Part shown: positions 9,974-18,868 of the stretch, one piece after another
How the letters are laid out: every line of letters starts with the position of its first letter
How positions within the stretch are numbered: position 1 is the first letter of the stretch
Assembly: GCA_965205505.1 (NCBI GenBank)
Contig: CBDBHB010000009.1
Location: 2,848,001-2,912,000 of the forward strand
From: Acidobacteriota bacterium
Lineage (GTDB): Bacteria; Acidobacteriota; UBA890; WLXD01
Reading direction: 5' to 3'
Length of the DNA stretch: 64,000 bases
Position numbers and translations under genes: made by a program
Notes under the pieces: generated by a model
Seen by the model: only the letters and a program-made list of their open reading frames with translations
Told to the model about the DNA's origin: nothing
Databases searched by the model: none

Positions 9974-10165
9974 TGTGGATAATCCGTGGTAGAAGCAGCA
10001 CGTTTTGCGCCGCGCCGAGGGTGAGGCGCCTATGTACAAAGGGCTTTCGGCGTATTACGTACGGAACGTCAGCCTCTTGGCGCTTGTGGAAAAACTGTAA
10101 ATTATTGTTAATACGATTTTAATACGATAACTATATCAAGAAAACGAGACACAAGCGCGTATAAT
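9974..10165. promoter_or_regulatory. Divergent regulatory region with DnaA boxes, AT-rich tract and TATAAT -10
   Basis: TGTGGATAA 9974-9982, TGTGGAAAA 10085-10093, TTAATACGAT twice (10108-10117, 10119-10128), TATAAT 10160-10165. Confidence 0.55.
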
Positions 10166-10172
10166 CCGCCGC

Positions 10173-10823
10173 ATGAACGTTCCGCAGGCGTTACTGCAGC
10201 GCTCGAGCCTCCGTTTCTGCAAGGCGTTCTTCGAGGTTACCGACAACGCGGCGACGCATGAATGCCTGCTCAGGCTGGGAGCGCAGGAGTTGTCGGAAGC
10301 GATAGGTGACGCCGCCACCGAGTGTTGGTATTGGTGGTACGGTGGGCGGGACGATGCCGATCGCCGCTACGACGCCTTCCTGCTCCGTCTGCGCCCCGCC
10401 CGACTTGTGCTGGAAGGAGCCACAGCGGCGTCGGTGGGTCGCGGTTGGCGCGTGCTGGATCAGCAATTGCGACCGCACGCCCGGGCGCGGGTCGCCGCGC
10501 GCGACGACTTGGCGCGCTTCGTTCCGGGCCGGCGACAGCACTCCGCAGACCGACCGGAAACGTGGAGCGCCGGCCACGAGGCTCGCGTGCTGGCCGAATT
10601 CTACGCCTCTTTCGCGGCGCGCTGGGCGCGGCAACCCCACTCGCGCCTTGGTGGGATGAGTCCGCTGGATGCCCTGCGGCATCCAGCGAAGCGGGCGTGC
10701 GTCGACGAACTATTGGCTCGCATGGAGCGCCTCGAAGAAGAGCGCCGGCAACGCGGCATGCAGAGTTTCGCAGTCGAGGATTTGCGACGTGCTGTCTTCG
10801 GCGTTGACGGAGACGCAGAGTGA
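10173..10823 (+). CDS. Hypothetical protein with C-terminal Xre/MbcA/ParS(DUF2384)-like motif
   Basis: W..QPHSRLGGMSPLDAL...VDELLARME resembles the W..P..LGG.TP motif of that domain. Confidence 0.55.
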   Translation: MNVPQALLQRSSLRFCKAFFEVTDNAATHECLLRLGAQELSEAIGDAATECWYWWYGGRDDADRRYDAFLLRLRPARLVLEGATAASVGRGWRVLDQQLRPHARARVAARDDLARFVPGRRQHSADRPETWSAGHEARVLAEFYASFAARWARQPHSRLGGMSPLDALRHPAKRACVDELLARMERLEEERRQRGMQSFAVEDLRRAVFGVDGDAE

Positions 10824-10843
10824 GGATCTTCTGGGGCCCGCGT

Positions 10844-12004
10844 ATGACGGCAAGCTTGACGCTCATCCTGTTCACAGCGACTGCTTTGGCAGTGGCGGCG
10901 CAAGCCCCGGAGACGCGCGGGCGTGCCCGCGACTTCGGGATTGCGCCAGGTGTTCTGGCTGCCGGGCCGCTGAACGCCATTACCGATGTGGCCGGCGTCC
11001 TCGTCGGCCACGTCACTCTCGTCGTACCGCCCACCACGAACACTGGGGTGACGGCGATTCTGCCGCACTCCGGTAACATATTCCGCGACAAGGTTCCCGC
11101 TGCGGTCTTCGTGGCCAATGGATTCGGGAAGCTGACCGGCATCAGCCAGATCCGCGAGCTCGGAACCATCGAGACGCCCATCCTGCTCACCGGTACGCTC
11201 AGTGTTCCGCGCGCCGCAGACGGGTTGATCTCGTACATGCTCGGCCTGCCGGGCAACGAAGATGTCCGCTCCATCAATCCGGTCGTAGGCGAGACCAACG
11301 ATGGTTACCTGAGCGACATCCGCGCCCGCCCGATCCGACCGGAGCATGTACGCGAGGCGATCGAGTCCGCCAGTTCCGGCGCCGTTGTGGAGGGCAACGT
11401 AGGAGCGGGCAGCGGGACGATCGCGTTCGGGTTCAAGGGTGGCATTGGCACCTCATCGCGGCGACTACCTGAGCGTCTGGGTGGCTGGACGGTAGGTGCC
11501 CTGGTGCAGACCAACTTCGGAGGCGTGCTCACCATCGCCGGAGCACCGGTCGGCGTGAAGCTCGGCCGCTACTACCTGCGCGATGTGCTGACGGGCTCGG
11601 CCGACGAGAGGGGCGGAGCCGACGGCTCCTGCATGATGGTAATCGCGACCGACGCGCCGGTGGATGCCGCCAATCTCGAGCGCCTGGCGCTGCGTGCTTT
11701 CATGGGCATGGCGCGCACCGGGGCGTCTGGATCGAACGGTAGCGGCGACTATGTGATCGTGTTCTCCACCCACTCGGGACTACGCTCCGGGCCGGATGGC
11801 GAGGCGCGCCCACGGGTCACCCCGCTGGCCGCCGAGCGACTATCGCCGCTGTTCATGGCTGCCATCGAGGCCACCGAGGAATCGATCTACAACAGCCTGT
11901 TTCAGGCGCGCACCACCGTCGGCGCTCGAGGCACCATAGAGGCGCTGCCTTTACAGAGGACGCTCGACATCCTCAGAGAGCACGGCGTCGTGGAACAGCG
12001 CTAG
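10844..12004 (+). CDS. DmpA/P1 (S58) family aminopeptidase with signal peptide
   Basis: NAITDVAGVLVGH, TGVTAILP, NGFGK, EGNVGAG, FKGGIGTSSR, autoprocessing DGS..VIATDAP. Confidence 0.9.
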   Translation: MTASLTLILFTATALAVAAQAPETRGRARDFGIAPGVLAAGPLNAITDVAGVLVGHVTLVVPPTTNTGVTAILPHSGNIFRDKVPAAVFVANGFGKLTGISQIRELGTIETPILLTGTLSVPRAADGLISYMLGLPGNEDVRSINPVVGETNDGYLSDIRARPIRPEHVREAIESASSGAVVEGNVGAGSGTIAFGFKGGIGTSSRRLPERLGGWTVGALVQTNFGGVLTIAGAPVGVKLGRYYLRDVLTGSADERGGADGSCMMVIATDAPVDAANLERLALRAFMGMARTGASGSNGSGDYVIVFSTHSGLRSGPDGEARPRVTPLAAERLSPLFMAAIEATEESIYNSLFQARTTVGARGTIEALPLQRTLDILREHGVVEQR

Positions 12005-12078
12005 CAGACCACCGCCCGGCCACGCCTGCTAATGTAGATGGTCTGTTTTCGCGACCGCGTCGCAGCCGGGAGCAAGAT

Positions 12079-12675
12079 GTGTTGAACTCCAGTGTCCTCG
12101 TTCTGAACCGCCTTTGGCAGGTGGTCAACGTGGTCAACGCGCGACGTGCAATCACGCTGCTTTACGTGGGGCGAGGGAAGGTCGTCGCCGACGACTTCGC
12201 TACCTACACCTGGGAGAGTTGGACGGAGGCCTCCGTGCTGGCGCCCGAGGATCTGGCCAACTGCATTTCGGGACCGTCGTTGCGCGTGGTCGTGCCGCGC
12301 ATCATTCAGCTGCTCGAGTACGACCGGGTGCCTCGTCCCCGGGTGAAGTTCACGCGTGCCAACGTGTACCTGCGAGACCGCAACCAGTGTCAGTATTGCG
12401 GCCGCGTCACACGGCCCTCGCAACTGACGCTGGATCATATTCACCCACGGTCGCGCGGTGGCCGCACCACGTGGCGCAACATCGTCGTCTCGTGCTTCCG
12501 ATGCAACGCCCGGAAAGCCAACCGAAGCCCGGAGGAAGCCGGCATGGAGCTGCTCCGTGAGCCCCGGCAACCGGCCTGGCACCCGGCGACCTCTCTGCTG
12601 CCCGCGATCGATCCGTACGACGAGTGGATCCCGTTCCTGGACTGGGGGCACGGGGTTAAGGCCGCGGCGCCGTAG
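12079..12675 (+). CDS. HNH endonuclease (McrA-like)
   Basis: VLVLN N-terminus, RDRNQCQYCG, TLDHIHPRSRGG, NIVVSCFRCNARK. Confidence 0.9.
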   Translation: MLNSSVLVLNRLWQVVNVVNARRAITLLYVGRGKVVADDFATYTWESWTEASVLAPEDLANCISGPSLRVVVPRIIQLLEYDRVPRPRVKFTRANVYLRDRNQCQYCGRVTRPSQLTLDHIHPRSRGGRTTWRNIVVSCFRCNARKANRSPEEAGMELLREPRQPAWHPATSLLPAIDPYDEWIPFLDWGHGVKAAAP

Positions 12676-12827
12676 TAGGCGCCGCGGAGCGCCTCTGTCG
12701 GCGAAACGCTATGCTACGCTTGGCTCACACGCGTCGCCCTCCACCGCGCGTCCGCAGATTGCTACGAGCCAGTCGAGCGTACCTCGACCGCATCCAGCAA
12801 CAGGCACCCCACGAGCTTTTGCGAACG

Positions 12828-13874
12828 ATGAGCCAGCGACCCATCCGTGCACTCGGGTTGATGTCCGGAGGACTCGACTCGACGCTCGCCGCGAGCATTC
12901 TTCAGCGCCTCGGTGTTGAAGTACTCGGATTGCACTTCTCGACCGGCTTCTGCGTCGCCGATCGCCATCGCATCATGGGGAACGCGAACAACCGGGACAA
13001 GCCGTACCGCAACGATGCGCTCCATGCCGGCGGGCAACTTCAAATCCCCGTAGAGATCATCGATATCAAGGACGACTACCTTCAGCAGGTCGTGCTGAAT
13101 CCCAAGCATGGCTATGGCTCGGGAATGAACCCGTGCATCGATTGCCGCATCTTCATGCTCAAGCGTGCCAAGGTGATGCTGGAGGAGGGCGGCTACGACT
13201 TCATCTTCACCGGCGAGGTGCTCGGGCAGCGCCCGATGAGTCAGCGGCGGCCACCGATGCAGGCGATCGAGCAGGAGACGGAGCTCGAGGGATTGCTGCT
13301 ACGCCCATTGTCCGCGAAGCTATTGGCGCCGACGATTGCGGAGCAGAAGGGTTGGGTTTGTCGCGACGATCTGTATGCAATCTCAGGCCGCTCGCGGCAC
13401 GAGCAGATGCGATTGGCGGACGAGTTCGGCTTGGTCGACTACCCGCAGCCGGCCGGCGGGTGCTGCTTCCTACCCGACGAGAACTTCGCACGTAAGCTTC
13501 GTGACCTGCTTGCTGACCGTGGCAACGTAGTCGACCCGGACGACATGATGCTGCTCAAGGTCGGCCGCCATTTTCGTCTCGGCGATGGCGTCAAGATCAT
13601 TGTCGGACGCCACGAGGCGGAGAACGACTTTCTCGAACGGTTCCGTGTCGGGCGAGGAGCCGTGTGGGTCGAGGAGTTCAGCTCACCGCTAACCCTCATC
13701 GAAGGGGCTCCGTCGGCCGAGCAGCTCGAGCTCGCCTGCAAGATCACTGCGAGATATTGCGCTGGTCGTACCGAGAACGAGGTACCGGTGCACTGGCGCC
13801 TCGACGATCATGCGGGGCAGTTGGTGGTCGAGCCCGTACGCGAGGATGTTCTGCTCGACGAGATCCGGATCTAA
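12828..13874 (+). CDS. ThiI/MnmA-like tRNA thiouridylase (PP-loop, no THUMP domain)
   Basis: SGGLDS, NPCIDCR, TGEVLGQRPMSQ, PAGGCC, GRHFRL. Confidence 0.8.
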   Translation: MSQRPIRALGLMSGGLDSTLAASILQRLGVEVLGLHFSTGFCVADRHRIMGNANNRDKPYRNDALHAGGQLQIPVEIIDIKDDYLQQVVLNPKHGYGSGMNPCIDCRIFMLKRAKVMLEEGGYDFIFTGEVLGQRPMSQRRPPMQAIEQETELEGLLLRPLSAKLLAPTIAEQKGWVCRDDLYAISGRSRHEQMRLADEFGLVDYPQPAGGCCFLPDENFARKLRDLLADRGNVVDPDDMMLLKVGRHFRLGDGVKIIVGRHEAENDFLERFRVGRGAVWVEEFSSPLTLIEGAPSAEQLELACKITARYCAGRTENEVPVHWRLDDHAGQLVVEPVREDVLLDEIRI

Positions 13875-13886
13875 GACGTTGGTGAG

Positions 13887-14210
13887 TTGAACATGTTGCG
13901 CCGCGCGCCGGACCGTCAGAAGATGCGGTTTCGCCGGCAGGTGCACGGTAGTGTCACCGACGATCAGCTGCGCTCGCTAATCGAAGTCGCCGAGGTTGCA
14001 GTAGACGCCCGAGGCACCTTCTGCCCGGAGCCCGTGATCCGCGTACAGGAGGCGGCTCGCGCGATGTGCCTGGGCGAGACGGCCATGCTGTTAGCCGACG
14101 ACGCCGGCGTCGAGTTGGACCTGCCCGCTTGGTGCATGAGCACCGGCAACGAGTACCTCGGCCTAGTGCGTGAAGACACCTTCCTGCGGGTCTTCATTCG
14201 TCGCGGCTAG
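13887..14210 (+). CDS. TusA family sulfur carrier
   Basis: VDARGTFCPEPV, LADD, DLPAWC; true start may be further downstream. Confidence 0.85.
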   Translation: MNMLRRAPDRQKMRFRRQVHGSVTDDQLRSLIEVAEVAVDARGTFCPEPVIRVQEAARAMCLGETAMLLADDAGVELDLPAWCMSTGNEYLGLVREDTFLRVFIRRG

Positions 14211-14240
14211 CAGGCCCGCCACACTTCCACCACGACCCCT
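14207..14240. repeat. Remnant of ctagcagg MITE/REP-like terminus
   Basis: ctagcaggcccgccacacttccaccacgacc resembles 9097-9130 and 46783-46830. Confidence 0.6.
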
Positions 14241-14551
14241 CAACCGTAGAGGTACGTGACCCCGTAGCCGCCCTGCGGGTTGTTCCACGTCGTGTAGCGG
14301 CGCGCCACCTGACAGGTGCCGCACTCGAGGCAATCCTCGTAGTTGACGATGCAGCTCGAGTCTTCGGCGTTGAGCTTGAATACCTGGGCCGGGCAGATGA
14401 AGAGGACCGCTTGGTCGGGGTCCTGACGGAACGCATCTTGATCTACGTGGATATGGCTCTCGTCAGCGAACCGCCGCTTTACGAGATCGAGGCGCTGAGC
14501 CATCGACAGCGACTTGTGGGGCGTCAAGTACTCGCGAACGTCGATTGCCAT
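14240..14551 (-). CDS. fixX: Ferredoxin-like protein FixX
   Basis: CPAQV, YEDCLECGTC, W.NPQGGYGV..YG. Confidence 0.88.
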   Translation of the reverse strand: MAIDVREYLTPHKSLSMAQRLDLVKRRFADESHIHVDQDAFRQDPDQAVLFICPAQVFKLNAEDSSCIVNYEDCLECGTCQVARRYTTWNNPQGGYGVTYLYG

Positions 14552-14558
14552 GAATGCC

Positions 14559-15863
14559 TCAGAGCATGGTTTTGCGGGCGCGCCACATTTGTCGCGCCGC
14601 CTTGAAGAAGCTGACCTCGTCGCGGATGACCCGCCAGAGCTCTCGAATCACGTCGTCCTTAGGCGTGTCGTCGATGGTGAAGTAGCGCCGGATCAGACGA
14701 ACGGTCAGGTCCGGATAATCGCTGACGAACTCTCGGTTCTCCAGCAAGAAATGAACCGTGTCGCGGTAACGCTTCAGGTCCTTCATGACCCAAGACTGCT
14801 CGAGGTGCTCGCGATAGGTTGCCAGCGAAGACTTCGAGAAATCGTTCTTCCTACGTGCCTCGAGCACGGCCTCCGCCGCCGCCACGCCGGATGCCATGGC
14901 CAAGTTCGTGCCCTCATGATGAATCGAAGGATTCACCAGGCCGGCACAATCTCCGATGAGCAGAAGACCGTCCTCATATAGATCGGACAGGTGGTCATAC
15001 GAGTCTTCAGGAATCATCTTGGTGGCGTATTCGACCGTCTCGCCGCCACGCAGCAGCGGTGCGACCATCGGATGCGCCTTAAACGAATCGAGCATCTCGT
15101 AGGGAGCAAGCCGCAGCCGCAGGTACTCGGCGATGATGCTACCGACGCCGACCGAGAGGCTATCGTGATTGGTGTAGATGAATGCGGAGCCAACGGTGCC
15201 TTTGACCGCGCCGCCGAAGTACTCGATCGCGGCACCCTGCTTGCCCTCGAGATGGAATCGATCCTCGATGATCTCGGACGGCAACGCGATTACTTCTTTG
15301 ACGGCGTTGACCCGGTTGGTCGGGCTCATCTTTGGCCGGAAACCGGCACGCTCGGCCAGCAGAGCGTTTGCGCCTTCGGCGAGGATGACGCAGTCCGCCT
15401 CGACATCGCCGTCATCCCGGCCGGTGCGGACACCACGAACCCTGCCGCGATCGACGATCAGATCCTCCACGTTGGTCTCGCAGATGATCATCGCCCCGGC
15501 TTCCTCGGCCTGGTCGGCGAACCACCGGTCCCATTTGGAGCGCAACGCCGTAAACGTGTTGTTGTAGGGCGGGACGTCGAACTTGGCGCTCTTCAGATCG
15601 AGGCCTACCTGCGTGTCGTCGTCGAGCGCCAACCAGCGGCGGTTGATGATGTGTCGCTCGATCGGCGCATCGTTCCAGAACTCTGGGATGAGCTCGTTGA
15701 CTACGCTGGTGTACAAGATGCCGCCAAACAGATTCTTGGCGCCCGGATAATCCCCACGCTCGAGGACGAGCACTTCGACACCATCGCGCGCCAGCGTCAG
15801 CGCTGCAGCAGCGCCGGCCGGGCCGGCACCGACGATCACTACCTCGAAGCGTTCGTCCGACAT
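14559..15863 (-). CDS. fixC: ETF-quinone oxidoreductase-like flavoprotein FixC
   Basis: GAGPAG, ERGDYPGAKN..GG, GDCAG, EGTNLAMASG; adjacent to fixX. Confidence 0.88.
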   Translation of the reverse strand: MSDERFEVVIVGAGPAGAAAALTLARDGVEVLVLERGDYPGAKNLFGGILYTSVVNELIPEFWNDAPIERHIINRRWLALDDDTQVGLDLKSAKFDVPPYNNTFTALRSKWDRWFADQAEEAGAMIICETNVEDLIVDRGRVRGVRTGRDDGDVEADCVILAEGANALLAERAGFRPKMSPTNRVNAVKEVIALPSEIIEDRFHLEGKQGAAIEYFGGAVKGTVGSAFIYTNHDSLSVGVGSIIAEYLRLRLAPYEMLDSFKAHPMVAPLLRGGETVEYATKMIPEDSYDHLSDLYEDGLLLIGDCAGLVNPSIHHEGTNLAMASGVAAAEAVLEARRKNDFSKSSLATYREHLEQSWVMKDLKRYRDTVHFLLENREFVSDYPDLTVRLIRRYFTIDDTPKDDVIRELWRVIRDEVSFFKAARQMWRARKTML

Positions 15864-16066
15864 CGTTCAAATCTCGTTTCGGCTGTCGGGCAGGCTACGC
15901 TGCTGCAACGTGCCCAACGCCCTGGATTGGCCTTCTGACGTCTCCGTGTAATCCAGTAAAACGTTTATCATCAGTTAGATACGCCGTATCTGGACAAGTA
16001 CCGTGAAGACGGGAGTGGGTACGCAAGCCCGGTTTCGAGCTTCGCCCCGATGCTATACTCGAACGC

Positions 16067-18868
16067 ATGATAGATGTCCGCAAGGAGTCTTGCCGCGCCG
16101 TGGCGTGCGTGGCGCTGGTGGCGATATCGGTGCCGAGTGTCTCGGGGGCGACGGCGCCATCAGCGGCGCAGGCGGCGACCCTGCACCTGTCCAACGCGCC
16201 GATTCGGCTCGAGTATCCCGAACCGTGGCGCGACTGGGCCATCAACCTGGCATCGTTCGCCGACGTGGCGGCAACACGCATCGCGAACCTGATCGGTGTG
16301 TCCGTGCCCGCGGGCACGATTCGCTGGGAGCCGACGGCTTCCGGGCCGGGCAGTAGCGCTGACGGAGTCGTGGAGGTGCGCGGCGAGGGCCGGCAGGCGG
16401 TCGTCGTCATGCACACCAACGTACCCCTGTTGCTGCGGGACTTCGGCGCTGCCCATGCGCTCGGCTACGCGCGTTGGCTCGGCGCCTACGTGGTGGCGCG
16501 AGTTGCCATGGGAGCGCCGGGCAGTGATGCGCCATGGTGGACGGAAGGCGCGGCGCTGTACCTCACCGACCTGATCTACCGCGATCTCAAGTCGACCACT
16601 CCGGTGCTATATGGCATCGAGGCGAACTTCACACGTGCTGCCCAGAGCCGGCGTCTGGTTGACCTGTCGGAGAGGGTGCTCACGGACGCCGCGCGGGGGA
16701 AGGCCTACGCCACCTTCAAGCTACTGGAGGGACTGTACGGTGCCGATGCCGTCACTTCTGCGATCGGGCAGATGGTTTCCCGACCCTCGGTGAACTTGGC
16801 GGCGATCATCGACGCCATCGGCCGCGAGCGTCAGCCGGACCCGGATATCGTGGTACGCGATTGGCTCAAGCCAACGGTGACCTTCGATGTGGGTATCGAC
16901 CGTGTCAGTCTTCGAGACGGAGATACACGGCTGCGAGCCCGGTTGCTACGCGAGGTGCCGTTCCCAGTGCCCCTGACGGTCCAGGTGCGCTGTCCCGGCG
17001 ACCAGGTCATTACTGAATCGGTGGCGGCAGGTACGGACGACGAGTCGTTCGAGATGGAGTTGCCCTGCGTTCCGGTCAGTGTGGCCGTCGATCCGAACCG
17101 ACTGATCCCCGATGTGAACCGCTCCAACAACAGCCACGGCTTTGGCGACGCCGACACGATCCGTCGGTTCTTCGCCTTCGACGAGCGCTTCACGGTCGGG
17201 GAGTTGCGGTTCTCGACCACGATGGCGCTGGACGAGGCACAGCAACGAGTCGAGCCGTTTCAGTTGAGGGTCACGAATCGTACCGATCGGGCCACCGGTG
17301 TCGGTGTGTTGATTAGTACCGAATGGTTCCATCGCCCAGAACGTGTGCAGCGTGCCTACTTCGTGAAGATGGGCCCGCGCGAAACGCGCCTGCTCGACGA
17401 GTCGCTGGGATACCCGAATCGCGGCACTGGCCACGCTCGGGTGGAAGCGAGGTTTTGGGAAGCGGCCAGCGTCGAGGACCTGACGGACAAGATCGTGGCG
17501 CGCCCGCCCGGTGCCATCAACTCCTACATCGTCGTGCGCGATGCACCGGAGGCGCCACGTCGGGCCCGACGTGGCATCTACCGTCTCCCGCCGACCATTG
17601 CCGAGACCACTGCCGTCTTGAGCGACAAGCCGGAGGAGCGGTCGACGGAAGCGGTGACCCGCTTCTCGAGCGGGTTGGGCACGCCGTCGAATGGCTCGGG
17701 CGTCGAAAGCGAGAGCGCCGCGGCGACCGAAGCGCCGGCCACCGCAGGAGATGTGTTCCGCGTGCGGATCCGGTCTCCTGCGCCGGGCACGTTGCCTATC
17801 GGGGACGTCGAGCTCGTCGCCGATGTGGTCGGAAACCGATCAGCCGAGCGAGTCGATTTCTATGTCAACGACCGCCGTGTCGGATCCGCGGAGGATGAGC
17901 CCTTCCGAGTTTCGTGGAGCTTCCCCGATGACGAAGAGGTCTTTGTCATACGGGCGGTCGCGGTGGCCGACGACCGCGTCGCCAGTGACGATGTGGTGCT
18001 CGACCGAGCCACGGTCTCCTTCGGCGCGACTGTCAACCTGGTGACCCTACACGCTACCGTGCGGGACTCCCAAGGGCGCCTCGTGCGCGACTTGACACCG
18101 GAGGACTTCCGGCTGACCGAAGACGGGGCGGACCAGGAGATCGTGCAGTTCGATTTCGGCGAAGTTCCAGTTTCGGCGGCCATCTCGCTTGATCAGAGCA
18201 GCAGCATGCTGGGCGGCGGCGTGCGCGCCGAGCGGGCCGGCGGGCTACGCCTTGTCGATGCCCTGGTGAGCGACATCAACCGAGCCATGATTCTCGGTTT
18301 CAATGATCGCCTTTGGCTCTACGCCGATTTCACGCATGACAAAGAGGCGCTGGCGGCGGCGCTGGAGGCGATCGACCCGGATGGCAGCACGGCGCTCTTC
18401 GATACGCTGGCCGAGTCGATTCGCAAGCTCGATCGGCGCACCGGAAAGCGTGCCTTGGTGGTGTTGTCGGACGGGCTCGACACCAACAGCAAGATGATCT
18501 ACGCGGATGTATTGGAGTTCCTCCGCCAGTCGGATGTTCTCGTCTATACCGTCGGCCTTCAGCTGATGCAGGAGGGCACCGAGTACGGCGATGCCAGCGG
18601 CGCGGTGAAGCGGGGCATCGAGCAGCTCCAGGCAATCGCCGATGCCACCGGCGGCGCCTCCTATTTCCCCATCGCCCTCCAAGAGCTCGAGGAGATCTAC
18701 GGTCTCATCGCCGACGAGCTCAACAGCCAGTACGCGCTCTCGTACTACCCCACCAATAGCCGCTACGATGGCAACTGGCGAAGGTTGGCTGTGGAGGTCA
18801 AGGGAAGGCCGGGAGTCTGGGTACAGGTGCGCGAGGGTTACTACGGCGTTGACCCCGACGGCCGCTGA
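16067..18868 (+). CDS. Large secreted protein: degenerate gluzincin/M1-like region, Ig-like domain, VWA domain
   Basis: signal peptide; WWTEGAALY and YxK..L.L motifs; VDPNRLIPDVNRSNN; RVDFYVND Ig; MIDAS DQSSSM, T.LFD, LSDGLD; QYALSYYP...WRRL. Confidence 0.75.
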   Translation: MIDVRKESCRAVACVALVAISVPSVSGATAPSAAQAATLHLSNAPIRLEYPEPWRDWAINLASFADVAATRIANLIGVSVPAGTIRWEPTASGPGSSADGVVEVRGEGRQAVVVMHTNVPLLLRDFGAAHALGYARWLGAYVVARVAMGAPGSDAPWWTEGAALYLTDLIYRDLKSTTPVLYGIEANFTRAAQSRRLVDLSERVLTDAARGKAYATFKLLEGLYGADAVTSAIGQMVSRPSVNLAAIIDAIGRERQPDPDIVVRDWLKPTVTFDVGIDRVSLRDGDTRLRARLLREVPFPVPLTVQVRCPGDQVITESVAAGTDDESFEMELPCVPVSVAVDPNRLIPDVNRSNNSHGFGDADTIRRFFAFDERFTVGELRFSTTMALDEAQQRVEPFQLRVTNRTDRATGVGVLISTEWFHRPERVQRAYFVKMGPRETRLLDESLGYPNRGTGHARVEARFWEAASVEDLTDKIVARPPGAINSYIVVRDAPEAPRRARRGIYRLPPTIAETTAVLSDKPEERSTEAVTRFSSGLGTPSNGSGVESESAAATEAPATAGDVFRVRIRSPAPGTLPIGDVELVADVVGNRSAERVDFYVNDRRVGSAEDEPFRVSWSFPDDEEVFVIRAVAVADDRVASDDVVLDRATVSFGATVNLVTLHATVRDSQGRLVRDLTPEDFRLTEDGADQEIVQFDFGEVPVSAAISLDQSSSMLGGGVRAERAGGLRLVDALVSDINRAMILGFNDRLWLYADFTHDKEALAAALEAIDPDGSTALFDTLAESIRKLDRRTGKRALVVLSDGLDTNSKMIYADVLEFLRQSDVLVYTVGLQLMQEGTEYGDASGAVKRGIEQLQAIADATGGASYFPIALQELEEIYGLIADELNSQYALSYYPTNSRYDGNWRRLAVEVKGRPGVWVQVREGYYGVDPDGR

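Noticed and set aside
10094-10145. dif site (xerD is in the window)
   Set aside because: TTATTGTTAATA only loosely resembles the XerD arm and no XerC arm is present at the right spacing.
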